A model generated the notes under the pieces. It worked only from the letters and a program-made list of their open reading frames with translations. It had not been told where the DNA came from and did not search any database. Below, one piece after another: positions 18,260-26,513 of a stretch of 38,458 nt of DNA. The position numbers were made by a program, and so were the translations under genes. The stretch is from the sequence record ON470580; one strand, given 5' to 3'. The first letter of the stretch is position 1. Every line of letters starts with the position of its first letter. The DNA is from Escherichia phage vB_EcoM-606R7.

Positions 18260-19318
18260 TCATGCTTTCCACTTCAGGACACCCGAATTTCTCGCGTGCA
18301 TCAAAAAACGAATCAGCAACAACAGCTGGCTGCCGTGTTTTTCTTCAAAATCTTTTACCCCGGCGTGCAGTTCGTTATGACATTTACGGCACAGCGGAAT
18401 AACAAACAAATCATCAGCCTTTGTTCCCATCCCTCCCAGCCCATGACCAATGATGTGATGCGGATCATCTGCCTGATTACCGCACGTCATGCATTTCTGC
18501 GTTTTTACCCAGCGCGTGTATACAGGCATCTCTTCCCGTTGTGGTTTCTGGCGCTGGAGATACTGAGCCGGTGACTCCGGATCAACGGCAATGCTGACCA
18601 CCGTCTCTTCCTGTGGTGGGTTCTGTTGCTGGTGGACGAGAGGCGGTAGCGCAATATTTTTTGTGCGCTGCTTCAGTATGCTGGTGGCGGTCTGCTCTCC
18701 CGGTACGATGTCGCTTTCACGGTACATTGAGCGGATTTTTTCCGCACGCAACCCCAGCGAACGACGTAATACTGCCTCCGGAAGCGCGTCCGCCACTTGA
18801 TTGCAGACCGCCCACCAGGATAATTCAGCCAGCGATAACTCCCGCTCCTGCGTGCCATTCATTGCATGGCGTATGACGTCAATCATCCATGCTGACAGGT
18901 TTTGATGAGCAAGTTGCCCGAGTGATTCGGATGTCTGGTCACGCAACTGGTTGTCGCAGTGCCAGCACAACACCATCGCGCCGGTACCATAACGATGTAT
19001 GACGATTTCACTGTGATGATAGTCACCATGAGGCCACTGGCAGGATTTGACATGACGCAACAGCCAGTCAGACAGTGCACTAGCGCCGCCAGCAGCACGA
19101 ATCACACGCTCATTGCTGAAAAATGGCAGTAATGATTTATCCTCCACCAGCGGCTGGCGGACGGCAGGGACGACTCCGGATGGCAGGCCGCGCATGCTTT
19201 TCGGTTCCGGCTCCACCAGTACCCGGGGATTATGAAATACCTGCATGGATTCACGGCCCGGCTTAAGGACCACCAGCCCGAGTTCCGGCACCGGAACAGG
19301 TCGAAGTAATACCCGCAC
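18260..19318 (-). CDS. DUF968-family prophage protein with C-terminal HNH-like Cys/His motif (YdfU-like)
   Basis: 352-aa ORF; C-terminus CMTCGNQADDPHHIIGHG...CRKCHNELH; lies between Q/RusA and the hok region, as ydfU does in Qin (recalled). Confidence 0.55.
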   Translation of the reverse strand: MRVLLRPVPVPELGLVVLKPGRESMQVFHNPRVLVEPEPKSMRGLPSGVVPAVRQPLVEDKSLLPFFSNERVIRAAGGASALSDWLLRHVKSCQWPHGDYHHSEIVIHRYGTGAMVLCWHCDNQLRDQTSESLGQLAHQNLSAWMIDVIRHAMNGTQERELSLAELSWWAVCNQVADALPEAVLRRSLGLRAEKIRSMYRESDIVPGEQTATSILKQRTKNIALPPLVHQQQNPPQEETVVSIAVDPESPAQYLQRQKPQREEMPVYTRWVKTQKCMTCGNQADDPHHIIGHGLGGMGTKADDLFVIPLCRKCHNELHAGVKDFEEKHGSQLLLLIRFLMHARNSGVLKWKA

Positions 19319-19319
19319 G

Positions 19320-19592
19320 TTACCTCCAGATCCGTTGCTGGTATGTGCGGGATGGACGCGGCGGGCGTTCGGAATAAGGGAGCCTGACGTAGATTATCCA
19401 GTGACGGTAGTCGAGGCTAAGGGCTTTCTTAAACTCATATCCACGTCTGCGGTAGTTATGAATCAGCCATTCGGCCTGTTCTTCAGTGCAGGGATCGTGC
19501 TGATACCAGTCATATTTGAATGCGTGAGAACGCAGCCCGTGCCTGCTGGCAAGGTCGGTATCAGAATTGTGATGTTTGGTATTGTGCGCCAT
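19320..19592 (-). CDS. Hypothetical nin-region protein
   Basis: ORF in the correct orientation; start placed at MAHNTK because the longer ORF start runs into the upstream terminator. Confidence 0.35.
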   Translation of the reverse strand: MAHNTKHHNSDTDLASRHGLRSHAFKYDWYQHDPCTEEQAEWLIHNYRRRGYEFKKALSLDYRHWIIYVRLPYSERPPRPSRTYQQRIWR

Positions 19593-19663
19593 CGGTTGTC
19601 TCTGCTGGCGCAGCAGGTGCCAGTTGTTCAGGCTGGCGTGCGTATTGTAAACCAGAATGCCAG

Positions 19664-19690
19664 AAAAAAACAAAACCCGCCGAAGCGGGT
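19664..19690 (-). terminator. Intrinsic terminator downstream of the lipoprotein moron
   Basis: Minus-strand RNA reads ACCCGC-UUCG-GCGGGU followed by a U-rich tract. Confidence 0.55.
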
Positions 19691-19819
19691 ATGCTAAAAC
19701 AAACTGAAGGTAATATGCCGGACTTGTAAAGGAACGATAGAATAATTATCGGATTAAATCCTGACTCAATCCATAGAGTTTACAGCGTTTTCACTAATAA
19801 TTTACCGTCCCGCTATACA

Positions 19820-20212
19820 TTACTGCCCAGTTTTAACGAAGTTTTTAAAGGAAACAATTGCCTGATAGGGGTTTGGTTGACAGCCAAACATATTATCGCA
19901 AAAAGGCTTGATGAAAATTCTTGCGGATCCATCTTCATTTGGCATTTTACTCACTTGATAAGCGAGGAATGGGCTATTTGGTGAAGGGTTATAAGTGGAA
20001 ATTAGCGTGTCTGTCGCCGTTTGAATTTTCCATGAGGAATTATTAGCCAACCAGAATTGCGCTCGTTTCCAATAAAAGTCACATTGCTTTTCATCTTTAC
20101 ATGTTAGTGGTTTCATTGCTTCTGCTTTCAACGCAGGATCGATCTTTGCTGCACACCCTCCCAACATTACTGTTGCAATCATTACACCTGCAACTAAAAC
20201 AAGTTTCTTCAT
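19820..20212 (-). CDS. Lipoprotein moron (AT-rich, signal peptide with lipobox)
   Basis: MKKLVLVAGVMIATVMLGGCAAK signal with lipobox; RBS AGGGAG; locally AT-rich compared with its neighbours; own terminator downstream. Confidence 0.7.
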   Translation of the reverse strand: MKKLVLVAGVMIATVMLGGCAAKIDPALKAEAMKPLTCKDEKQCDFYWKRAQFWLANNSSWKIQTATDTLISTYNPSPNSPFLAYQVSKMPNEDGSARIFIKPFCDNMFGCQPNPYQAIVSFKNFVKTGQ

Positions 20213-20354
20213 CTCCCTGCCCCCATCAGTAAAAGTTCGGTTCTCTGATAATAGAGTTAATCAACGGAAAAACGCCGAAGCGGGTTAAGTGTGGGTGCAT
20301 TGAGGATGCCTGACACATCAGAGGTGGCGAGGGATTTCTCCCCCGCCTGGTCTC

Positions 20355-20510
20355 TTACTCCTCAGGTTCGTAAGCTGTGAAGACAGCGACCTCCGTCTGG
20401 CCGGTTCGGATTCGTACCTCGCAGAGGTCTTTCCTCGTTACCAGTGCCGTCACTATGACGGTTAAACAGATGACGATCAGGGCGATTAGCATCGCCTTTT
20501 GCTGCTTCAT
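20355..20510 (-). CDS. hok: Hok/Gef-family type I toxin (HokD/RelF-like)
   Basis: 51-aa sequence MKQQKAMLIALIVICLTVIVTALVTRKDLCEVRIRTGQTEVAVFTAYEPEE matches recalled HokD; long untranslated leader upstream (20511-20800). Confidence 0.85.
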   Translation of the reverse strand: MKQQKAMLIALIVICLTVIVTALVTRKDLCEVRIRTGQTEVAVFTAYEPEE

Positions 20511-20800
20511 AGCCTGCTTCTCCTTGCCTTTCGGCACGTAAGAGGCTAACCTAGATTTGCCGTTCATAGATTGAGCCTCAGATTAATGTTAAGCGTCTTG
20601 CAGGACGCGTAATGTTAACTGGGGCTTTTCTCTACCTGCCGTTGGTGTTCATGCCCGAGGCAGATAGCCTCAAGCACCCGCAGCAATTCTACTTAACTCT
20701 CCTTTTCCCGCAAACCGTTTTTACCCCCAGCGGCAAATCGAATACACCACCAGCGCCACCGCCATCGCAATTCCTACCGTTGTGAATGCTTCAGGCCAAG

Positions 20801-21196
20801 TCATCGATTCACCTCCTGCTCAATATTTTTAAGGTCATTTTCCGCATACAGTATTGCTGTCCTGGCTGCTCGTAACCGGGATTTGGCATTTTTCTCTTCA
20901 CGTTCAAGTTTTGCCACAGCTTCACGAAGAGCATCCCGCTTTGCATAGAGTGATTTAATCTCAGTCACGATGTTTTCACCGTTTCTCGCACGGTCGAGAA
21001 CAAGTTCGAACGGATCTAAAGCCAATCCACACCGTTTGCAGGTAATCGTACGATTCACTTCTGAAATTGTTGTACGGATATGCTGACAGCATTTTTGCTC
21101 GACACTTTTTTCGTTGGTTATCACAACGTTGAGGAGTCCTTCCTCCTCTGATTTTGGCTGTACCAGGGTGATAACATTGTCGATTTCATTTTTCAT
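20801..21196 (-). CDS. Hypothetical protein with Cys-rich zinc-ribbon-like segment and coiled-coil C-terminus
   Basis: 131-aa ORF with CCQH...CKRCG cysteines and a charged heptad-like tail; its stop abuts the next gene. Confidence 0.45.
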   Translation of the reverse strand: MKNEIDNVITLVQPKSEEEGLLNVVITNEKSVEQKCCQHIRTTISEVNRTITCKRCGLALDPFELVLDRARNGENIVTEIKSLYAKRDALREAVAKLEREEKNAKSRLRAARTAILYAENDLKNIEQEVNR

Positions 21197-21708
21197 CAGT
21201 TCACCTCCCGCGGTGGTTCCGGTAGCGGCATCCAGTGAGTTGCCTGCTCAATACCATTACCCGGCTTAATCGTTGCTTCTCCTCGCCGGAATGTGCTTCC
21301 TGTATAGCGTGCGGAGCATATTAGCGGTTCAACCAGAGAGCTATCGAAATTCACCGAAATAAGCACGTTCTGGTTCTTTTCCGGCATTCGCTCACTACAG
21401 CTTATCCAGCCATCCGGAGTTACCGGCACTGGCTGGGCGGTGTAAAGTGGAACAACTCGCCCTCCCCATTGCTTAACACTACTCTCAGCGAACACTAAAT
21501 GCTCAGTCCGATAATACCCAGGGGCATCAATATCTTTTCTTTCGCTATCCCACATGTAAACCACCGGCTCCGCTTCCAGCGATGCCAGTGCGATACGAAA
21601 CACATCAGCAAGTAGGCTGTTTGAAGATTGGTTATCGTGCGCCGGATCGCTCAGGAAACCAGTGATGAATGATTTAATTTCCGCGTTTTCTCTGGTAATA
21701 GTGGTCAT
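21196..21708 (-). CDS. DUF551-domain prophage protein
   Basis: C-terminal ...THWMPLPEPP motif typical of DUF551 (recalled). Confidence 0.5.
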   Translation of the reverse strand: MTTITRENAEIKSFITGFLSDPAHDNQSSNSLLADVFRIALASLEAEPVVYMWDSERKDIDAPGYYRTEHLVFAESSVKQWGGRVVPLYTAQPVPVTPDGWISCSERMPEKNQNVLISVNFDSSLVEPLICSARYTGSTFRRGEATIKPGNGIEQATHWMPLPEPPREVN

Positions 21709-21914
21709 TTATTAATCCTCAAAACTTTATGCCCGGGCGCAAAAGCACGCGTTTTGTCGGCGCTTATTCGCCACCCATCTTTACGTGCCTCTTTTGCACA
21801 GCCAGCCCATGACGTACCGATATACTCACCAAAATCTGGCGACTGATATTTGCCATTTGTACACTGGAGGCAATCACAATAGAGATGCATGGTGTAACTT
21901 GCGGCAATACCCAT
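21705..21914 (-). CDS. Hypothetical Cys-rich small protein
   Basis: 69-aa ORF whose stop overlaps the next start. Confidence 0.35.
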   Translation of the reverse strand: MGIAASYTMHLYCDCLQCTNGKYQSPDFGEYIGTSWAGCAKEARKDGWRISADKTRAFAPGHKVLRINK

Positions 21915-22274
21915 TCAGCCTCCTTTGATGCCAGTGTTTACAACCAGGCAGGCCTCCTTGAGTACCCAGTCAATAGCGTCCTTCCATGCTCCGGTTTCAG
22001 CTGGCGGATTCTCACACTTTACCTGTTCATAGAAGCGCACTGCTTTAATCAATCCTTCTGGTATCAGTGGCACAGGCGGGGCAGTGAATAACGCCTGAAT
22101 TTCATAGCTCGGCCTGTCGTTGCAATCCTCTTTTGTCGGTACATATTTCCAGTCACCAACCCACGGCTCCCCCTGAGAGTCCGTAACGCCTTTTTTCACG
22201 TAGCGATATCGCCATGCAACTGGTTTTGCCTGCCCTGCCGTTTCATGCCCTTCCTGATAATTAATCTCGCTCAT
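21915..22274 (-). CDS. Hypothetical nin-region protein
   Basis: 119-aa ORF; its ATG overlaps the TGA of the upstream reading frame. Confidence 0.4.
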   Translation of the reverse strand: MSEINYQEGHETAGQAKPVAWRYRYVKKGVTDSQGEPWVGDWKYVPTKEDCNDRPSYEIQALFTAPPVPLIPEGLIKAVRFYEQVKCENPPAETGAWKDAIDWVLKEACLVVNTGIKGG

Positions 22275-22336
22275 TCATCGCCCCACTCATCACAATATGC
22301 TTCGACCGGTGTTTTTCCTGCTTCATAATCATCACG

Positions 22337-22447
22337 CTATGCATCGGCATCAGCAGCACTTCCACCGCGTAACTCTGCATAGTCCATTAACAGTTCATGC
22401 CATTCTTTAAAACTGACGTTGTATTTAGTTGAACCAAAATCAGCCAT
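22337..22447 (-). CDS. Small ORF (36 aa) ending at an in-frame amber codon
   Basis: ATG overlaps the stop of the upstream ORF (ATGGCTGA). After TAG, 21 more in-frame codons run to a TGA that overlaps the next gene's ATG. Confidence 0.3.
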   Translation of the reverse strand: MADFGSTKYNVSFKEWHELLMDYAELRGGSAADADA

Positions 22448-22622
22448 TTTGTTCTTCCTCTTCGTCTTTTATTTCGTGATATGAGTAATTGCAGTAGTTA
22501 AAGAAAATTTCTTTTGCTTCGTCATGAATTTCATCAGGTGTTGCGTCATCGTCCACTTCGAATACATCCTCAAAATCTCCACCAGCTATTCCAGTTTCAA
22601 TAATTACTTTGAACTTTCGCAT
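22440..22622 (-). CDS. Hypothetical acidic small protein
   Basis: 60-aa ORF preceded by an RBS. Confidence 0.4.
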   Translation of the reverse strand: MRKFKVIIETGIAGGDFEDVFEVDDDATPDEIHDEAKEIFFNYCNYSYHEIKDEEEEQNG

Positions 22623-22828
22623 TTCACTACCGCCCTTTCGGGTGGCCTCCTGCTGTTCTGAGGGTGCAGAAATCCCTCCGGTAAAGGATTAAATTTTTAA
22701 CCGTGCTAAATTTAATTATTCAGTTCTGGATTTTGTCACCCTGCGTATCCGCGCTTTCGCGTTACGCTCAATCTGAATTAACTTTTCTATATTTTTCCGT
22801 CTTTCCTGTTCCTCCTGGCGCAATAGCC

Positions 22829-23083
22829 TTACATCATCTGCCAGTCTGGTTTCTCTTTTCNNNNNNNNNNNNNNNNNNNNNNNNNNNNNNNNNNNNNNNN
22901 NNNNNNNNNNNNNNNNNNNNCTCTTTCCGATGGCTCATAAAGAAAATTAACCTGATTACGTGGGTCATCCTCTTTTACCGGAAATAAAACGATATTGCTT
23001 AACTCATCTTCTGGTTTTATTTCCATGCTCTTCTCCTTTGATGTGAATGCCAGCGGTAATTGAAGCCTGATAGCTAATTTCAT
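22829..23083 (-). CDS. Hypothetical protein (interrupted by an N-run)
   Basis: ORF spans the N-run; only its N-terminal part is reliable. Confidence 0.3.
   Translation of the reverse strand: MKLAIRLQLPLAFTSKEKSMEIKPEDELSNIVLFPVKEDDPRNQVNFLYEPSERXXXXXXXXXXXXXXXXXXXXXKEKPDWQMM
22861..22920. other. Assembly gap (60 N)
   Basis: Run of n characters. Confidence 0.99.
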
Positions 23084-23506
23084 TCACAGTATCGCCTCCT
23101 GAAAATTACCCTGATAGAAAGCCAGTACACGCTGCATAGCTTCGCTCTTCCGGCACTCGCTACAGATTATGTTCTGACGCCTGTCGTAGCGGCGTATTTC
23201 TCCGTCTGGTAATGACCAGATAAGGTCCGGATCAATCACAGATGTTTTCTTCAGATTTGCCCTTGAGAGTTTTTTGCGGGCATTTTGCCAGTCCTTACGC
23301 GCCTGTTCAGACGGGAATAACCCGTAACCAGAGTTGTATACATCGCCACTGGCAACCAGCTCTCTGGCGAGAACGCTGATCAGATATCTTGTTGCACCTG
23401 TTTTAGCTTCCAGTTGTCGTAACGTCTCGCGACCGCTCTGGCGCACAAGTTCGACCACCTGCCCTTTAATTTTTTCCCGCTCTTCCTGTGTAAAAACTTT
23501 TACCAC
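23084..23506 (-). CDS. Hypothetical protein downstream of the replication initiator
   Basis: 140-aa ORF in the position where lambdoid phages carry a P or helicase-loader gene; no family recognised. Confidence 0.4.
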   Translation of the reverse strand: MVKVFTQEEREKIKGQVVELVRQSGRETLRQLEAKTGATRYLISVLARELVASGDVYNSGYGLFPSEQARKDWQNARKKLSRANLKKTSVIDPDLIWSLPDGEIRRYDRRQNIICSECRKSEAMQRVLAFYQGNFQEAIL

Positions 23507-23546
23507 AAGTCCTCCTTAAAATTACCTCATGACCTGAAATCAACAC

Positions 23547-24623
23547 TTATCCCCTGAAACCAGGCGGAATTTCTGTATCAGGTTCAGAAATATGATTCAC
23601 ACAACGCTGGTTGTTCGTGCCGCTTACCGGGAGCAACCAGGGGTTCTCAAAATTCCGGTCCGGTCCAAAAAACGTCGTCGCTCGCTGAACAAATTCCGTT
23701 CCCGTTTTCCCGGTAGCCGCCAAGTATCTTGCGTAACGCCTCACGCCATCCAGCATGGCCTCTGGTGGCACCCCCTCGCGTAATCTGGCCTTCCAGGCAC
23801 TGAAAGCGGATTTCTTCGGGTTTGCCCCGGCACGCAACGGGTACTCCCGCCAGACCTGTTCGAACACATCCGGATAATCCACTCGTCCCACAGACTGCCC
23901 GGTTTTTTCCGGGACTACCCGATCGGCTTCCCGCTGAATGGCGGAATCGGCTTCAGGCTGCTGCAGTTGGTGTGATTGCTCCGGCCTTGCGGTCATCACC
24001 TGCTGCACAGCGCCCGAATCGGCTTTCAGCGCATACGCTGAATCGGCTTCCGGTGTCGTGCCTGCTGGCTGACCAGGATTGACGGTCTGAACATCCCCTG
24101 CCTGGTTCGTGGCATTTTTTACGCCATGGACCATAGTGTTTTGATCTTCTTGATCTGTATCTTTATCTGTATCTTTATCTGTCGTGACTTGTCGTGACAT
24201 GTGCGTGACATTTCGTGACGCGCCGTGACAATCGCCATTTTGTTCCCGCTTTCTTTCCCTCTCTCGCTGCGCCCTCTTGCGCTCTGCAGGAGATTTTGCG
24301 GTTTGCGAAATATTGCCGTTGTCCTCTTTAAGCACCTGGCGTTTTTCCCATCCAGTGATTAAATCACCATCAAGTACCCGCCCCTGCATCGTCTGCAAAA
24401 TTGAATCAATTACCTCTTCTGTCACGTCGAGCGCACTTGCCAAATCTTCTGTCGTGACATCAATGTGACCTCGCGTGACATTTCGTGACGCGCTCACCAA
24501 TAGGTGGATATACACTGCCATCACTGTTGCAATTGGCTGCCCTGACACCCTGGCAATTGTTCGCCACTTAGGGTCATTTGGCATGTCATGCCATAATCTG
24601 AGCCAGGCGTTAGCCATACTCAC
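23547..24623 (-). CDS. Replication initiation protein (O-like) with internal origin iterons
   Basis: 358-aa ORF immediately downstream of the YdaS/YdaT pair; N-terminal HTH-like region, acidic DKDTDKDTD linker encoded by direct repeats, C-terminal replication-type domain; contains the CGTGAC iteron arrays. Confidence 0.6.
   Translation of the reverse strand: MSMANAWLRLWHDMPNDPKWRTIARVSGQPIATVMAVYIHLLVSASRNVTRGHIDVTTEDLASALDVTEEVIDSILQTMQGRVLDGDLITGWEKRQVLKEDNGNISQTAKSPAERKRAQRERERKREQNGDCHGASRNVTHMSRQVTTDKDTDKDTDQEDQNTMVHGVKNATNQAGDVQTVNPGQPAGTTPEADSAYALKADSGAVQQVMTARPEQSHQLQQPEADSAIQREADRVVPEKTGQSVGRVDYPDVFEQVWREYPLRAGANPKKSAFSAWKARLREGVPPEAMLDGVRRYARYLAATGKTGTEFVQRATTFFGPDRNFENPWLLPVSGTNNQRCVNHISEPDTEIPPGFRG
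24183..24229. repeat. Origin-like iteron array: five CGTGAC repeats at 10-11 bp spacing
   Basis: CGTGAC at 24183, 24193, 24204, 24214 and 24224, preceded by tandem tatctgtatcttta repeats (24153-24180). Confidence 0.6.
24452..24488. repeat. Second iteron cluster: four (C)GTGAC repeats
   Basis: CGTGAC or GTGAC at 24452, 24464, 24473 and 24483, with an inverted copy GTCACG at 24419-24424. Confidence 0.5.
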
Positions 24624-24688
24624 CTCTTTTGATACCGAATCTTTTTACTCACAAATTGCCGGAAGTGATCCGGTATGAATATTGCGAG

Positions 24689-25114
24689 TCAATGCACAGC
24701 CACAATATTTCCTGCAGGGCCACCACGATTCATCTGGTTGAAACCAGCGATCGCCACTGCGACAAAATCATCAGCGTCTCTCACCAGTCGTTCCCGCGTC
24801 TCCACTAGTTCCCGAAAATAGGCTGAGCTATGGCTGCGCATTCGGGCCACCAGCAGAGGCGGCATTGCTTTTTCGATAGCTGGTAACAACGCCTGAATTT
24901 TTTTAACCGCATCAGGGGTGTCTTTCTCCACCCAGCGGAAAATTTTCTGAGTATTGCGAGCCAGGGCTTCCGGATGGCTGTCGTTATACAGTTCCGGGAA
25001 CGTCATTCCCAGCTCGAAATACGCTTTGGTAATTTTCGCAGCCGGTACTTTTTCGCCGTCCGGATGCGCCCAGGCATTCATCGCCATGCGGATATGTTCA
25101 TGTTTGATTTTCAT
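24689..25114 (-). CDS. ydaT: YdaT-like protein (CII-position regulator / putative toxin)
   Basis: 141-aa sequence MKIKHEHIRMAMNAWAHPDGEKVPAAKITKAYFELGMTFPELY... matches recalled Rac YdaT. Confidence 0.8.
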   Translation of the reverse strand: MKIKHEHIRMAMNAWAHPDGEKVPAAKITKAYFELGMTFPELYNDSHPEALARNTQKIFRWVEKDTPDAVKKIQALLPAIEKAMPPLLVARMRSHSSAYFRELVETRERLVRDADDFVAVAIAGFNQMNRGGPAGNIVAVH

Positions 25115-25338
25115 GAATCACTCTTCCTTTTATCCCGGGTGGTATCCTTCTTTTTGTAAAGCTCTGGGTTCAAAGATAATTTTCCCTTGGAGTATGCAGC
25201 AGCTTCCGCAGCTCTCCCTTTCGGAACTATTTCACCGGGGCGCTTACGCCACATGTAAATAGCTTCGCGGGTTATCCCATAAAAATCAGCGACCCTCTGA
25301 ACAGAGCCAAAAAACTGAACAAGTTCATCAACTCGCAT
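25111..25338 (-). CDS. ydaS: YdaS-like Cro-type HTH regulator
   Basis: 75-aa sequence MRVDELVQFFGSVQRVADFYGITREAIYMWRKRPGEIVP matches recalled Rac YdaS; divergent from the repressor gene. Confidence 0.8.
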   Translation of the reverse strand: MRVDELVQFFGSVQRVADFYGITREAIYMWRKRPGEIVPKGRAAEAAAYSKGKLSLNPELYKKKDTTRDKRKSDS

Positions 25339-25351
25339 TTCACCCTCCTAA

Positions 25352-25371
25352 AATCTAAGTATTTTTAGATT
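25352..25371. promoter_or_regulatory. Operator: perfect palindrome AATCTAA-N6-TTAGATT
   Basis: Read directly in the 96-bp divergent spacer between ydaS and the repressor gene. Confidence 0.6.
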
Positions 25372-25395
25372 ACAGGATAATTTTTTTTAGGTCAA
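25367..25395 (-). promoter_or_regulatory. Candidate pR for the ydaS operon: -35 TTGACC, 17-bp spacer, -10 TAATCT
   Basis: Hexamers read on the minus strand; the -10 overlaps the operator palindrome. Confidence 0.4.
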
Positions 25396-25398
25396 TGC

Positions 25399-25418
25399 AA
25401 TCTAAAATAATTTATATT
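25399..25418. promoter_or_regulatory. Second operator: AATCTAA-N6-TTATATT (one mismatch)
   Basis: Same half-site and spacing as the first operator, 47 bp away. Confidence 0.45.
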
Positions 25419-25434
25419 CAACTCGCGGGAGAAA

Positions 25435-26082
25435 ATGATGGAAAGCCTTGGCATCAGGCTTAAGAAACTCAGAAAAGATAAGGGACTCACCCAAGTAGAA
25501 CTGGGTAAGCTTTCAGGCGTGACTGGGGTTACTATAGGGTACTGGGAGAAAGATCTAAACGAACCCGGCAGCAAAGCTCTAAGTAAGTTAGCCCAGGCAT
25601 TAGGAACTACTGAGTCCTATCTCCTGTATGGAGTATCGTCTCCTGAACTATCTTTTGTGCAGAGCAATCCAGGCACCAAGATCCCCTACTTTTCGTGGGG
25701 TGACGCGATTTCTTTCCTAATCTTAGAAGGAGAGAAAACAATGGGAAATGTCGATAGGATCACCACATTCTTTGATGTAGTGGAAGGTGATTTTGCCGTT
25801 TCAATGCCTGATGACACTATGCATAACCCCTCAGGGTCGCCGAGTATCCCGGTTGGTGCCACTGTGATCCTAAGACCAGGAGAGAGTTATAAAAATGGCA
25901 GTATCGTCGCTGTAATAGTTCCAGATCCACTTACAAATGAACCGTCTATGACTATAAAAAAATTAGTTATTGATGGAAAACTTGTGTATTTAAGCCCTCT
26001 CAATCCGCGCTATCAATCATCCTTGCTTACGCCAGAGTGTAAAATTGTTGCCGTAGCAAAAGGTGTACAGTTCAACCTATAA
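25435..26082 (+). CDS. CI-like repressor (N-terminal HTH, C-terminal S24/LexA-type peptidase domain)
   Basis: HTH-like segment LTQVELGKLSGVTGVTIGYWEK and an S24-like C-terminal half with a conserved KK motif; divergent from the cro-like gene. Confidence 0.8.
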   Translation: MMESLGIRLKKLRKDKGLTQVELGKLSGVTGVTIGYWEKDLNEPGSKALSKLAQALGTTESYLLYGVSSPELSFVQSNPGTKIPYFSWGDAISFLILEGEKTMGNVDRITTFFDVVEGDFAVSMPDDTMHNPSGSPSIPVGATVILRPGESYKNGSIVAVIVPDPLTNEPSMTIKKLVIDGKLVYLSPLNPRYQSSLLTPECKIVAVAKGVQFNL

Positions 26083-26105
26083 CCCTGCCATGTCCTTGAA
26101 CTTAA

Positions 26106-26130
26106 GGTCGGTTATGCCGACCTTTTTTTT
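26106..26130 (+). terminator. Intrinsic terminator after the repressor gene
   Basis: GGTCGG-TTAT-GCCGACC followed by T8. Confidence 0.65.
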
Positions 26131-26149
26131 AAATCAATTTAGATTTCCC

Positions 26150-26178
26150 TTGACTACAAAACTAAATACTTTTAGATT
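26150..26178 (+). promoter_or_regulatory. Candidate pL: -35 TTGACT, 17-bp spacer, -10 TAGATT, flanked by TTAGATT operator half-sites
   Basis: Hexamers read directly; TTAGATT at 26139-26145 and 26172-26178 is the same half-site as the operators. Confidence 0.5.
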
Positions 26179-26356
26179 TATTGCATACCAACCCACCCCG
26201 CCCCACAGAACGCCGGGCAATACTTCGAGTTACCAGGTAGTGGTCAGGGGGTAAGTAGCCAGCCCGAGGCGTAAGAACATGACGGCAGGGTTCAACTTTA
26301 ACTATGCAGCAGGTTTTTGTTCCGCTCCCCCGGCGTTAAGGGGAAATGAGGTCAAC

Positions 26357-26512
26357 ATGGATACTATCAATCTTGGCAACAACGAATCTCTGGTGTGCGG
26401 CGTGTTTCCCAACCAGGACGGCACGTTCACCGCGATGACGTATACCAAAAGCAAAACGTTTAAAACCGAAAATGGTGCCCGTCGCTGGCTGGAAAGAAAC
26501 TCAGGTGAGTGA
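26357..26512 (+). CDS. ydfA: YdfA-like small protein
   Basis: 51-aa ORF (MDTINLGNNESLVCGVFPNQDGTFTAMTYTK...) behind RBS GAGGT; resembles recalled Qin YdfA. Confidence 0.55.
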   Translation: MDTINLGNNESLVCGVFPNQDGTFTAMTYTKSKTFKTENGARRWLERNSGE

Positions 26513-26513
26513 T

